This document shows, in pieces, positions 10,231 to 20,286 of a DNA stretch of 64,000 bases. Origin of the DNA: Vulcanimicrobiota bacterium (GTDB lineage Bacteria; Vulcanimicrobiota; Vulcanimicrobiia; Vulcanimicrobiales; Vulcanimicrobiaceae); contig CAWGBN010000008.1 of NCBI GenBank assembly GCA_963820825.1, positions 64,001 to 128,000 of the forward strand. The letters are read 5' to 3'. The notes under the pieces were generated by a model that made no database searches, was not told the DNA's origin, and saw only the letters and a list, made by a program, of their open reading frames with translations. Made by a program: the position numbers and the translations under genes. Position 1 is the first letter of the stretch. Every line of letters starts with the position of its first letter.

Positions 10231-11139
10231 CTATTCTTGGAGCGCGACCGAGGTTCCGTCGTGCGTCACCAGCCCATCGCGCGCCAGCGCGGCGACGAAC
10301 TCGCGAATCTCCTCCAAGCTGCGCCCCGGGATGGCCGGACCGACCGCGCGGTGCAGGTCGATCAACGAGATACGTTCGCCGGGCGGTAGCTCGCGTAGCC
10401 GGTCGACAATGCGGCCGCGCGCGTAGCGGGTGGTTTGCGGAAATGGGATGCGCTCTCGTGCTCGCGGCGCGGCGGCCGACGCACGCAGGCGTTCGAGGTG
10501 CACGGCGTCGACGGAGGACGCCGCACACTCCTCACGCAGCGGACAGAGCAGACATTTCGGGGCGCGTGCGGTGCAGATCGTCGCGCCCAGATCCATCAGC
10601 GCCGAGTTCCAGTCGTGCGCGCGGCCCGGCGGCACGAACTCGCGGGCGCGCGCATCGACGTCGCGCGCATCGGCCGCTTGCGGATACTCCAGGCCGAAGA
10701 AAACCCGGTTGACGATGCGTCGGACGTTCGTGTCGATCGGCGCGTCGTCTATGTCAAAGGCAAACGCGCGAATCGCTGCGACCGTATACGCGCCCACTCC
10801 CGGCAGCAATAGCAGCGATTCGCGGTCGGTAGGAAGTTCGCCGCCAAAGCGCTCGACGACGGCTTGGGCGAGGCGATGCAGACGCACCGCCCGCGCGTTG
10901 TATCCCAGCCCCTTCCACTGGCGCACCACGTCGGCCACCGATGCGCGCGCGAGTGCGGCGAAGCCGGGAAATCGCGCGACGAAGGCCTCGAACTTCGGAA
11001 CGACGCGGTCGACTTGCGTCTGCGCCAGCATGAACTCGCTAACCACGGTGCGATACGGATCGCGCCCGGTGCGCCACGGTAATCCGGCGCGACCGTGGCG
11101 GCGATACCAGTTCAGAAGCCGGCGCGCAACGGAGGTCAC
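10231..11139 (-). CDS. mutY: A/G-specific adenine glycosylase (short form)
   Basis: LPWR, SEFMLAQTQV, WKGLGY, LPGVGAYT, DTNVRR and MDLGATIC motifs. Confidence 0.92.
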   Translation of the reverse strand: MTSVARRLLNWYRRHGRAGLPWRTGRDPYRTVVSEFMLAQTQVDRVVPKFEAFVARFPGFAALARASVADVVRQWKGLGYNARAVRLHRLAQAVVERFGGELPTDRESLLLLPGVGAYTVAAIRAFAFDIDDAPIDTNVRRIVNRVFFGLEYPQAADARDVDARAREFVPPGRAHDWNSALMDLGATICTARAPKCLLCPLREECAASSVDAVHLERLRASAAAPRARERIPFPQTTRYARGRIVDRLRELPPGERISLIDLHRAVGPAIPGRSLEEIREFVAALARDGLVTHDGTSVALQE

Positions 11140-12599
11140 GAACGCAGGGTCGAGATCGCCTCGCCGATACGGCGAATGCCTTCGGGAATTTCCTTCCGGG
11201 CAACGGCCGTGAGCGCGAGCCGAAAGTAATGATCGCCGCGCGAATTAGCAAAGAAGGCTTCGCCGAAGAGAAAGGACGCGCCGAGCCGTTCGGCGGCATC
11301 GAGCAGCGCGCGTGCGCGCAGCTCGCGCGGCGTCGAGGCCCACAAGTAGAATCCACCCGAGGGCCCGCTCACCTTGAGTCCGGCCGGCCAGTGCTGCGCG
11401 ATCGCAGCGTCGGCGACGGCTCGCCGCTCGAGCAGCTCGCTGCGCAGCTGCGTGACGTGCGCGTCGTAGCCCCGCTCGAGATAGTCGGCGATCGCCGCTT
11501 GAACGTAGAGGCTCGTCGCCATGTCGTAGGCCTGCTTGCGCAGCAAGAGGCGTTCGAGAATCGTCCGCGGCGCGGCGAGCCACCCCACGCGTAAGCTCGG
11601 CGCGATCGTCTTCGAGAAGCTTGAAATGTAGACGACGTGATCCGGCGCGAGCGCGACGAGCGGCGCACCGGGCGGCGCGAGCGGACCGTACGGGTCGTCC
11701 TCGACGATCGGAACGCCGGCGCGGCGCGCGATCGTTGCCAAGCGTTCGCGCCGGTCGGCATTCATCGTCGCATTGGTCGGGTTGTGCAGCGAAGGCATCG
11801 TGTAGATGAAGCGCGGGCGCCGGTTTCGCAGCACGGCCTCTACGTGATCGACGCGCATCCCCTCGTCGTCGACGGGCACCGAGATCGCGCGCAGACCGTT
11901 GATCTGAAAGACCTGCAGCGCACCCGGATACGACGGCGATTCGACGATGATCTCGTCGCCGGGTTCGGCGAGACTCTGCGCGACGATCGCGATGCCTTGG
12001 GTCGATCCGGTCAGCACGATGATGCTCCCCGGACGCATGCCGCCGGCGCCGCGGGCGCGCATCCGCTCGGCGATCGCGGAGCGCAACGGCTCGTACCCTT
12101 CCGAGTCGCCGTACGAAAGGACGAAGCGCGAATCGCGGGCGACGCGTCCGAACGATTTCGCGAGCTCGCCCAGCGGTGAAGGCTCGTCGGGAGCGACGCC
12201 CTGTACGAACGAGATCCGGCCCGGCTGCGGTTTGGCCGCGAGCTCGCCGAGCACGTTGGGGAACTCGCCGACCCGCCACGGCGGGAGCGTCACCCACCAC
12301 GGGACGCCCGCCGCGCGCTCTGGCTGACCGCCGCGAAGCTGTGGCACGACCCGCGAGCCCGAGCCGACGCGCTGTTCGATCAAACCGTCGCCGACGAGAT
12401 CCCGGTAGGCATGCACGATCGTGCTGCGATTGACCGCCAGCCGCTCGGCCATCGTGCGCTCGGGCGGGAGCCGGGTCGATTCGGGGAGCGTTCCAGCCAA
12501 GATCGCTTCGCGCAGGTGCTCGTAGATCTGCCGGTAGAGCGGCACGATCGAATCGCGGTCGAGCTCCGGGAGGAGTCCGGCCCATCCAATTCTGGCCAT
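11136..12599 (-). CDS. MocR/GabR-family regulator (GntR HTH plus PLP aminotransferase-like domain)
   Basis: PLYRQI..LPPER HTH; EDDPY; SFSKTIAPSLRVGW. Start is 12599 or 12620. Confidence 0.93.
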   Translation of the reverse strand: MARIGWAGLLPELDRDSIVPLYRQIYEHLREAILAGTLPESTRLPPERTMAERLAVNRSTIVHAYRDLVGDGLIEQRVGSGSRVVPQLRGGQPERAAGVPWWVTLPPWRVGEFPNVLGELAAKPQPGRISFVQGVAPDEPSPLGELAKSFGRVARDSRFVLSYGDSEGYEPLRSAIAERMRARGAGGMRPGSIIVLTGSTQGIAIVAQSLAEPGDEIIVESPSYPGALQVFQINGLRAISVPVDDEGMRVDHVEAVLRNRRPRFIYTMPSLHNPTNATMNADRRERLATIARRAGVPIVEDDPYGPLAPPGAPLVALAPDHVVYISSFSKTIAPSLRVGWLAAPRTILERLLLRKQAYDMATSLYVQAAIADYLERGYDAHVTQLRSELLERRAVADAAIAQHWPAGLKVSGPSGGFYLWASTPRELRARALLDAAERLGASFLFGEAFFANSRGDHYFRLALTAVARKEIPEGIRRIGEAISTLRS

Positions 12600-12660
12600 C
12601 GATCGCTCCATTTCGCTCATATCCTGGGGAACGCTCTCGCCCGGTGCGAAACGTGAGGTC

Positions 12661-14112
12661 ATGAGCACAACGGCAGAACGTCAGGTCGATACCGCGGTCA
12701 TCGGCGCCGGGCCCGGCGGGTATCACGTCGCTATTCGTCTCGCGCAGCTCGGCAAGAAGGTCGTCTGCATCGACCGCGATGAGGTCGGCGGCGTCTGCCT
12801 CAACTGGGGATGCATTCCGACCAAAGCACTCCTGCACGTCGGCGAGGTGATTCGGCACATCGAGCGCGCCGGCGCGATCGGGCTGCGCGTGCCGAAGGCC
12901 GAAGTCGAGCGCGAAGCCGTGGCAAAGTTCAAGAGCGACGTGGTCAATGCGAACGTCAACGGCGTCAAGACGCTCTTCAAAGCCAACGGCGTCGAGTCTC
13001 TCAAAGGCGAAGCGTCCTTCAAATCGCCGACCGAGATCGAGGTTAAGCTCGCCGACGGCAGCACGCAGCGAATCGTTGCGCAGAACGTCGTCATCGCGAC
13101 CGGCTCGGCGCCCGTCGACGTTAAGGCGTGGCCGCGCGACGGCGAGACGATCGTCAACTCCGACGATGCCGTTAGGCTCAATCGCATTCCCAAGCGCCTG
13201 CTCGTCATCGGCGGCGGCGTCATCGGACTCGAATTCGCGACCGTCTACGGACGCATGGGCGCCGAAGTCTTGGTCGTCGAGATGATGCCGCAGATTCTCA
13301 CCGGAACCGATGCCGAGATCGGCAAGACGCTCGGGCGAATCCTCAAGAAGCAGGGCGTCGAGATCATGCTCAACACCAAGGTCGGCGCGCTCGAAAGAGC
13401 CGGCGCGAACGTTCGCGCGACGCTCAACGGCGAAGGAACCGGCGGAAAGGAGGAGACCCGCGAGTTCGATATGGTGCTCGTGGCCGTAGGACGTCGGCCG
13501 ATTACCGATACGCTCAACCTCGCCGCCGCCGGTCTTACCGTCGACGATCGCGGCTTTATCGCCGTCGACCAGCAGCAGCGAACGAAGGTGCCCAACGTCT
13601 TCGCCATCGGCGACGTCACCGGACCGCCGATGCTCGCGCACCGCGCGATGAAACAAGGCGTCGTCGCGGCCGAAGTGATCGACGGCGACCGCTCCGCCGC
13701 CTTCGATCCGGTCGCCGTACCGAACTGCGTCTACACCGATCCCGAAGTCGCGACCGTCGGCCTCTCCGAAGAGGAGGCGAAAGCAGCCGGATACGAGGTG
13801 CGCATCGGAAAGTTCCCGCTCGCCGCGAGCGGGCGCGCGCGCACGATGAACGAGTCCGAGGGATTGATCAAACTCGTCGCCGACGCGAAGACCGATCTGC
13901 TGCTCGGCATGCATATCGTCGCACCACAAGCCGAATCGCTCATCGGTGAAGGCGTCATCGCCCTAGAGATGGGCGCGACCCTCGAGGACGTCGGCCTCTC
14001 GGTTCACCCGCATCCGACGCTTACCGAAGGGATCATGGACGCAGCCGAGGCCGCGCACGGCAAAGCGATTCACCTCATCAACCCCAAACCGAAGACGCCG
14101 GTAAACGCTTGA
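12661..14112 (+). CDS. lpdA: Dihydrolipoyl dehydrogenase
   Basis: GAGPGGY; redox motif GGVCLNWGCIPTK; HPHPTLTE. Confidence 0.97.
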   Translation: MSTTAERQVDTAVIGAGPGGYHVAIRLAQLGKKVVCIDRDEVGGVCLNWGCIPTKALLHVGEVIRHIERAGAIGLRVPKAEVEREAVAKFKSDVVNANVNGVKTLFKANGVESLKGEASFKSPTEIEVKLADGSTQRIVAQNVVIATGSAPVDVKAWPRDGETIVNSDDAVRLNRIPKRLLVIGGGVIGLEFATVYGRMGAEVLVVEMMPQILTGTDAEIGKTLGRILKKQGVEIMLNTKVGALERAGANVRATLNGEGTGGKEETREFDMVLVAVGRRPITDTLNLAAAGLTVDDRGFIAVDQQQRTKVPNVFAIGDVTGPPMLAHRAMKQGVVAAEVIDGDRSAAFDPVAVPNCVYTDPEVATVGLSEEEAKAAGYEVRIGKFPLAASGRARTMNESEGLIKLVADAKTDLLLGMHIVAPQAESLIGEGVIALEMGATLEDVGLSVHPHPTLTEGIMDAAEAAHGKAIHLINPKPKTPVNA

Positions 14113-14765
14113 CCCAAGCCCGGCTGCTCGACCTTGGGCGCAAACCATATCGCGAAGTGTGGGAGCTACAGCATCGTCTGCACGAAGCCGTGCGCGAAGG
14201 ACGCGAGCCCGACACGTGGATCGTCGTCGAGCATACGCCGGTCGTGACCGTCGGACGGCAAGCCAAACGCGAGCACGTCCTTCTCGCGCCGGACGAGCTG
14301 CAACGCCGCGGCATCGATCTCGTCGAGATCGAGCGCGGGGGCGACGTAACCTATCACGGTCCCGGACAGCTCGTCGTCTATCCGATTCACCGGCTCGAGC
14401 GTTTTCGCGAGGTCGTACCGCTCGTTCGCTCGCTCGAAGGCGCGGTCATCGCGGCGTGCGCCCGATTCGGCGTCGCCGGGGAGCGATGGAGCGAACACGC
14501 CGGCGTCTGGGTCGGACGCAACCAAATCTGCGCCATCGGCCTTGCAGTACGGCAAATGGTCTGCCTGCACGGCATCGCGCTCAACGTCTCGACCCGGCTC
14601 GATTACGACCGGTTCATCCTCCCCTGCGGATTGAGCGATCGCGGCGTCACCTCGATCTCGGCGGAGACCGGACGAACCGTCGGCATCGCCGAGGCGAAGC
14701 GCGCATTGCTCGACGAGCTCTCGCCGCGGTTCGGCGTCGAGTTCTACGAGTTGGTCGAGGCGTAG
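14109..14765 (+). CDS. lipB: Octanoyltransferase LipB
   Basis: EHTPVVTVG, RGGDVTYHGPGQ, HGIALNV and PCG motifs. Confidence 0.94.
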   Translation: MTQARLLDLGRKPYREVWELQHRLHEAVREGREPDTWIVVEHTPVVTVGRQAKREHVLLAPDELQRRGIDLVEIERGGDVTYHGPGQLVVYPIHRLERFREVVPLVRSLEGAVIAACARFGVAGERWSEHAGVWVGRNQICAIGLAVRQMVCLHGIALNVSTRLDYDRFILPCGLSDRGVTSISAETGRTVGIAEAKRALLDELSPRFGVEFYELVEA

Positions 14766-14766
14766 C

Positions 14767-15645
14767 GTGGCGATCACTATCGACTTGACCGCGCAACGAG
14801 TCCGCAAGCCCGATTGGCTTCGCGTCTCGCTGCCGATCGGCGACGAGTACGAGCGCGTAAAGGCCAAAGTCAACTCGCTCTCGCTGCATACGGTCTGCAA
14901 AGAAGCGGCCTGCCCGAACGTGGCCGAGTGCTGGGGCGCCGGCACCGCGACGATCATGATTCTCGGCGACACGTGCACGCGCGGCTGCCGATTCTGCAAC
15001 GTCAAAACCGGTAATCCGCGCGGCGAGGTCGATTGGCTCGAACCGCTCCGCGTCGCCGACGCCGTCCACGACTTGGGCTGGAAGTATCTCGTCGTTACGG
15101 CGGTCGATCGCGACGACCTCGCCGACGGAGGCGCATTGATCTTCGCCAACACGGTTCGCGCGATTCACGAGCGCGTTCCCGGCGCGCGCGTCGAGATCTT
15201 GAGCGGCGATTACCGCGGTGACCTCCGTGCCGTCGACATCGTTATCGACGCAAAACCCGACGTCTTTGCGCATAACTTGGAGACCGTACGCCGGCTTACG
15301 CCTTCGGTCCGCGACAAACGAGCCGGCTACGATCAGTCGCTCGCAGTCCTCGCCCACGCCAAACGTCGCGCTCCGAACCGGTTCACGAAGACGTCGCTCA
15401 TGCTCGGGCTCGGCGAGACCGAGCGCGAGATCGAGAGGGCGATGGACGACGCGCGCAACGCCGGCGTCGACATCTTTACAATGGGCCAGTACCTGCAGCC
15501 CAGCAAGAAGCACTTGCCGGTCGTCGAGTTCGTTGCGCCCGGGCGCTTCGAGCGCCTCGGGAAGCTCGCCGCAACCAAGGGCTTTCATCAGGTCGTCTCG
15601 AGCCCGCTTTCGCGCAGCTCGTATCACGCCGAGCAGGCCTTTTAG
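14767..15645 (+). CDS. lipA: Lipoyl synthase
   Basis: CKEAACPNVAEC; CTRGCRFC; C-terminal RSSY. Confidence 0.97.
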   Translation: MAITIDLTAQRVRKPDWLRVSLPIGDEYERVKAKVNSLSLHTVCKEAACPNVAECWGAGTATIMILGDTCTRGCRFCNVKTGNPRGEVDWLEPLRVADAVHDLGWKYLVVTAVDRDDLADGGALIFANTVRAIHERVPGARVEILSGDYRGDLRAVDIVIDAKPDVFAHNLETVRRLTPSVRDKRAGYDQSLAVLAHAKRRAPNRFTKTSLMLGLGETEREIERAMDDARNAGVDIFTMGQYLQPSKKHLPVVEFVAPGRFERLGKLAATKGFHQVVSSPLSRSSYHAEQAF

Positions 15646-15709
15646 CGGCCCTTCTTCCATTGGGCCGCAGCGCAACCACGGCACCTTCCCTTAGGTTCGT
15701 ATATCTGAC

Positions 15710-18700
15710 GTGACGAAGGTCTTCCTCACCCGGCCGGTGCTCGCGGCGGTCTGCTCCTTGATCATCATGATCGGCGGGCTGGTCGTGATGCCCACGCTGC
15801 CGCTGGCGCAGTATCCGCAGATCGCACCGCCGGTCGTCACGATCAGCGCTTCCTACGTCGGCGCCTCCCCGCAGGCGGTCGAAGCACAGGTCACGACTCC
15901 GCTCGAGCAAGCGGTCAATACGGTGCAGGGCCTGCGCTACATCAGTTCGCAGAGCACGCAGGGCACCTCGACGATCACCTGCACATTCACGCTCGAGACG
16001 AACCTCGACATCGCCGCGGCCGACGTCCAGAACTTGGTTCAGTCGGCGATCGGCCAGTTGCCCGCAACCGTGCAGCAAGTCGGCGTCCAGGTCAGTAAGA
16101 ACTCGGGCTCGTTCGTGATGGGCATCGCGCTCACGTCCGACAGCAAGCAGTACGACACGCTCTTCCTGAGCAACTACGCGCAGCTCAACATCGTCAACGA
16201 TCTCTCGCGCGTCTCGGGCGTCTCGCAGGTGCGCGTCTTCGGTCAGCGCCAATATGCGATGCGCATCTGGCTCAATCCGCACTCGCTCGCGCAACAAGGC
16301 CTCGACTCGGGCGACGTCGTCACGGCCCTCCAAGAGCAGAATGCCGAGGTGGCCAGCGGAAGCATCGGCTCGGCGCCGGAGTCGAAGGATCAACCCTATA
16401 CCTACACGGTCAACGCCCTGACCCAGCTCTCGAGCCCGCAACAGTTCGCCAACATCATCCTTCGGGCCAATCCCAACGGCGGCTATACCCGGCTGGGCGA
16501 CGTCGCCCGCGTCGAGCTGGGCGCCCAGGACTACAACAGCTCGCTACGCTTTAACGGCAACTCTCAGGTGGTCGGCCTCGGCGTTCTGCAGTATCCCACC
16601 GCCAACGCACTTCAGGTCTCGAAGGGCGTGCTCTCCGAGATGGACCTGCTCTCGAGGCAGTTTCCGCCGGGCGTCCATTATACGGTCGCCTTCAACACGA
16701 CCGATTTCGTCGCGGAATCCGTCCGCGAAGTCATCATCACGCTGCTGCTCTCGATCGTGCTCGTCGTCTTGGTCATCTTCGTCTTCCTCCAGAATCCGAA
16801 GTCGACGTTGATTCCGGCGGCGACGATCCCCGTCTCGTTGATCGGCGCCTTCTTCGTGATGAAGATCTTCGGTTTCACGATCAACACGATTACGCTCTTC
16901 GGCCTGACCCTCGCAACCGGACTCGTCGTAGACGATGCGATCGTCGTAATCGAGAACATCGCGCGTCACATCGAGATGAACAAAGGGCGGCAGAGCGGCA
17001 TCGCCAGCGCCGCGGCGGCCATGCGCGAGATCCAGAGCGCGGTCGTCGCTTCGTCCCTCGTCTTGCTCGCCGTCTTCATTCCGGTCGCCTTCTTCCCGGG
17101 TACGACCGGTCAGCTCTACAAGCAGTTCGCGCTGACGATTGCGGCCGCGATCACGATCTCGCTCTTCCAAGCCTTGACGCTCGCGCCGGTAATGTCGGCG
17201 CGGCTGCTCACCGGCGAAACGGAGTCGCAGCTCTTCTTCTTCCGATGGTTCAACGCCGGACTCAAGCGCTTCCGGCACTGGTACGCGAGCGAGCTTCCGC
17301 GCGCGTTCCGCTACCGGTGGTTCGTAATCGCGGCCTTCGCGCTCGCGCTCGTCGTGACGCTTGTGATGTTCGTGCGAACTCCGAGCTCGTTCATTCCAAG
17401 TGAAGACCAGGGCTACTTCATCACCTTGGTTCAGGCGCCCGAAGGCACGTCGCTCTCCGGCGAGACCGCTATTTCAAAGAAGGCCGAAGCGATCATCCGG
17501 GCGCAGCCGCAAGTGAAGTACATGTTCAACGTGGGCGGCTTCAGCTTCGCCGGCTCCGCGCCGAACCGTGGACTCATCTTCGTCTTGCTCAAACCCTGGA
17601 GCCAGCGAAAAGGCCCCGGCGACAACATCGATTCGGTGATCCAGCGCGTCAACTACGGCTTCTTCTCGCAGATTCCACAGGCGCAGATCTTTGCCGTCAA
17701 TCCGCCCGCGATCAACGGGGTCTCCAGTTTCGGCGGCTTCCAGTTCGAGCTCGAGGATCGGACGAATCTCGGCCTGCCGGCACTCATGAAGAGCGCTTAT
17801 GGGATTATGGGAGCGGCCGCAAAGGATCCGCGGCTGATGAACGTCTTCACCCAGTTCCGCATCAACTCGCCGCAGGTCGATATCAACATCGATCGCGACA
17901 AGGCTAAGGCGATCGGGATCTCGCTCAACGATATCTTCGACACGCTCGAGGTCGATCTCGCCTCGCTCTACGTCAACAATTTTACCTATCTGAATCGCTC
18001 GTGGCAGGTCGACGTGCAGGCCGACGAGCCGTTCCGCAACCGAGTCAACTCGCTCCAGGGACTCTTCGTCAGCTCCGGATCTGCCGCGAACGCAGCGATT
18101 CCCACCGGGACCAATCCGTTCCCGACGGCTCCTCCGGGCGCCGCGACGACGAGCACGAACGCAACCAGCACGGTTATGACGCCGCTCAGCGCGCTGGTAC
18201 AGATGAAGCAAGAGCTCAGCGCTCCGGTTATCACCCACTACAACCTCTACCGGAACATCGAACTCAACGGTCAGAACGCGCCGGGTCACGGTTCGGGCGA
18301 AGCGATTGAGGCGATGGCGCAGATCGCACACCAGGTGATGCCGGCCGGTATGACCTTCGAGTGGTCGGGCCTGCAGCTCGACGAGATCGCCGCGGGCAGC
18401 TTGAGCACGCTGATCTTTGCGCTCGGCCTCGTCTTCGTCTTCCTCGTGCTCTCGGCGCAATACGAGAGCTTCATCGATCCGCTAATCGTCTTGCTCGCGG
18501 TGCCCGCGGCGCTCTTCGGCGCGCTCGGATTCATGAACTTTCGTCATCTTCCGATTCCGGGACTCTTCGACCAGAGTCTCGCGCAAGATGCGTACGCGCA
18601 GGTCGGTTACGTCATGCTTATCGGGCTTGCAAGCAAGAGCGCAATTCTAATCGTCGAGTTTGCGAACCAGCAGCTTCGCGAAGGCGCGAGCGTCGTGCAA

Positions 18701-19000
18701 GCCGCATTGCGCGCGGCCCAGACGCGATTGCGCCCGATTTTGATGACTTCAATCGCTTTCGTCATCGCGGTGATTCCACTGGTCTTCGCTACCGGCGCGG
18801 GCAGTGCGGCGCGACACTCGCTCGGCACGGTCGTCTTCGGCGGTATGCTCGTCTCGACGTTCTTGAATTTGGCCATTACGCCGGTGCTCTACGTCATCAT
18901 TAAATCGTTCGAGCTGCGCGGCGATCGGGCGCATCGCGACGGCAAATCGCACGTCGCACTCGCCGAGGAAGCGGCACCTACGCCGCACGTCGGCGTGTAA
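15710..19000 (+). CDS. RND efflux permease (AcrB/HAE1 family)
   Basis: GLVVDDAIVVIEN, GLASKSAILIVEFA and RLRPILMTS motifs. Confidence 0.96.
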   Translation: MTKVFLTRPVLAAVCSLIIMIGGLVVMPTLPLAQYPQIAPPVVTISASYVGASPQAVEAQVTTPLEQAVNTVQGLRYISSQSTQGTSTITCTFTLETNLDIAAADVQNLVQSAIGQLPATVQQVGVQVSKNSGSFVMGIALTSDSKQYDTLFLSNYAQLNIVNDLSRVSGVSQVRVFGQRQYAMRIWLNPHSLAQQGLDSGDVVTALQEQNAEVASGSIGSAPESKDQPYTYTVNALTQLSSPQQFANIILRANPNGGYTRLGDVARVELGAQDYNSSLRFNGNSQVVGLGVLQYPTANALQVSKGVLSEMDLLSRQFPPGVHYTVAFNTTDFVAESVREVIITLLLSIVLVVLVIFVFLQNPKSTLIPAATIPVSLIGAFFVMKIFGFTINTITLFGLTLATGLVVDDAIVVIENIARHIEMNKGRQSGIASAAAAMREIQSAVVASSLVLLAVFIPVAFFPGTTGQLYKQFALTIAAAITISLFQALTLAPVMSARLLTGETESQLFFFRWFNAGLKRFRHWYASELPRAFRYRWFVIAAFALALVVTLVMFVRTPSSFIPSEDQGYFITLVQAPEGTSLSGETAISKKAEAIIRAQPQVKYMFNVGGFSFAGSAPNRGLIFVLLKPWSQRKGPGDNIDSVIQRVNYGFFSQIPQAQIFAVNPPAINGVSSFGGFQFELEDRTNLGLPALMKSAYGIMGAAAKDPRLMNVFTQFRINSPQVDINIDRDKAKAIGISLNDIFDTLEVDLASLYVNNFTYLNRSWQVDVQADEPFRNRVNSLQGLFVSSGSAANAAIPTGTNPFPTAPPGAATTSTNATSTVMTPLSALVQMKQELSAPVITHYNLYRNIELNGQNAPGHGSGEAIEAMAQIAHQVMPAGMTFEWSGLQLDEIAAGSLSTLIFALGLVFVFLVLSAQYESFIDPLIVLLAVPAALFGALGFMNFRHLPIPGLFDQSLAQDAYAQVGYVMLIGLASKSAILIVEFANQQLREGASVVQAALRAAQTRLRPILMTSIAFVIAVIPLVFATGAGSAARHSLGTVVFGGMLVSTFLNLAITPVLYVIIKSFELRGDRAHRDGKSHVALAEEAAPTPHVGV

Positions 19001-19059
19001 GTTCGAGAGGATTTGGAGTAGTTAAGCGCAAGTCCCCGCACTACCAAATGGGGAGTTGC

Positions 19060-20268
19060 ATGTATAAGAACCTACTTCGCACAGTCGCCGGCACGAGCGC
19101 ATTCGCAATCGGCCTCTGCGCGTTACCCGCCGTTGCCGACGGTACCGCCGACGTCTATCAGAGGTCGATCGTTCCCGGCGCAAACGATGCGATCAAGAGC
19201 GTGATGAACCAGCCCAAACCGCAGAAAAAAGACCCAACCGTCGCTCAAGCGCCGCCGGTGAGTCAACCGCCGATCGGGCACGCCATCGAGATGCCGGGCG
19301 ATCGACTCACCTACATGGTCGACTTCTCGATGGCATATCCGTACGGCAATATCGGCTCGTACGGCAAGCAAGGCTGGCTAATGGGCGGCATGGACGCGAT
19401 GCTTGGTTACAAGTTTAACTGGTCGACGCGGCTGGACGTAAGCATGTTTCAGCTGCAGCACTGGCCCTATGGATTCAACTCCGGAACTACGCCGGTCTAC
19501 CTGCAGGGCTTCGTCAATCCCGTCGGCTGCGCCGATTTGACCGGCGGCAACGCATGCGGCCCCGGCGCCGGACGGAACATCAACGTGCGCACGAAGGACA
19601 CGTTCGGCGTCTTCATGCTCCACAAGCTCTTTACCATTAAGTCCGCTAAGCTTCCGGGCCCCGGCGAAATTCCGATCGTCATCACGCCGACGTACGTCGC
19701 TCGTGGCGGCGAGATCGGGTTTGCGCCGAACAACAACGACGTCGTACCCTTTACCTACAACCTGCCCGACGGGCCGGTCGAGAACATACCGGTCCGGACC
19801 GCACAGTATTACGCACTTGCCATAACCCTACCGTTCTTGAAGACGCCGAAGATGTTCGGCACCTTCACGATAGCCCCGCAGTGGCTCGTCCACACCGCGG
19901 GGGCGAACGTCGGGAACTCGATGCAGCTTCCGCAGGTCATCTACCTCGAGTACACGCCCGTCCGCGGAACGACGATCTTCTTCGAGCCGCAGAGCGCTCG
20001 CGACTACCTCCCGACCGATCCGTATCCGGAGCATCTGGTCGCGTACTTTCTGGGTATATCGCAACGGCTTTCAAAGTACGCATTCGTGCAGGCAGTGCTC
20101 AACAGCGGGAATCCGACGAATCTCGGGCCCGACGGCGTAACCGGCATCAAGTGCCTTACCGTGCAGCAGGCAATCAATAACGCGTGCGGACTCGCAATCG
20201 GGGGTCTCAAGGCAACGCAGCTTCAATTGCAGTTTGGCATCGGTTCGCCGAACATCTTTCCGTTATAG
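19060..20268 (+). CDS. Secreted hypothetical protein, possibly an outer-membrane beta-barrel
   Basis: Signal peptide; amphipathic, aromatic-rich strands; GGGAG before ATG 19060 (alternative start 19048). Confidence 0.7.
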   Translation: MYKNLLRTVAGTSAFAIGLCALPAVADGTADVYQRSIVPGANDAIKSVMNQPKPQKKDPTVAQAPPVSQPPIGHAIEMPGDRLTYMVDFSMAYPYGNIGSYGKQGWLMGGMDAMLGYKFNWSTRLDVSMFQLQHWPYGFNSGTTPVYLQGFVNPVGCADLTGGNACGPGAGRNINVRTKDTFGVFMLHKLFTIKSAKLPGPGEIPIVITPTYVARGGEIGFAPNNNDVVPFTYNLPDGPVENIPVRTAQYYALAITLPFLKTPKMFGTFTIAPQWLVHTAGANVGNSMQLPQVIYLEYTPVRGTTIFFEPQSARDYLPTDPYPEHLVAYFLGISQRLSKYAFVQAVLNSGNPTNLGPDGVTGIKCLTVQQAINNACGLAIGGLKATQLQLQFGIGSPNIFPL

Positions 20269-20286
20269 CTTCAAGGGCCGCAAAAC

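Noticed and set aside
11245..13929. 894-aa minus-strand ORF and similar long shadow ORFs (3771-4982, 22182-23816, 38940-40415, 62383-63951)
   Set aside because: Antisense or off-frame shadows of well-supported genes, expected in high-GC DNA; no motifs.
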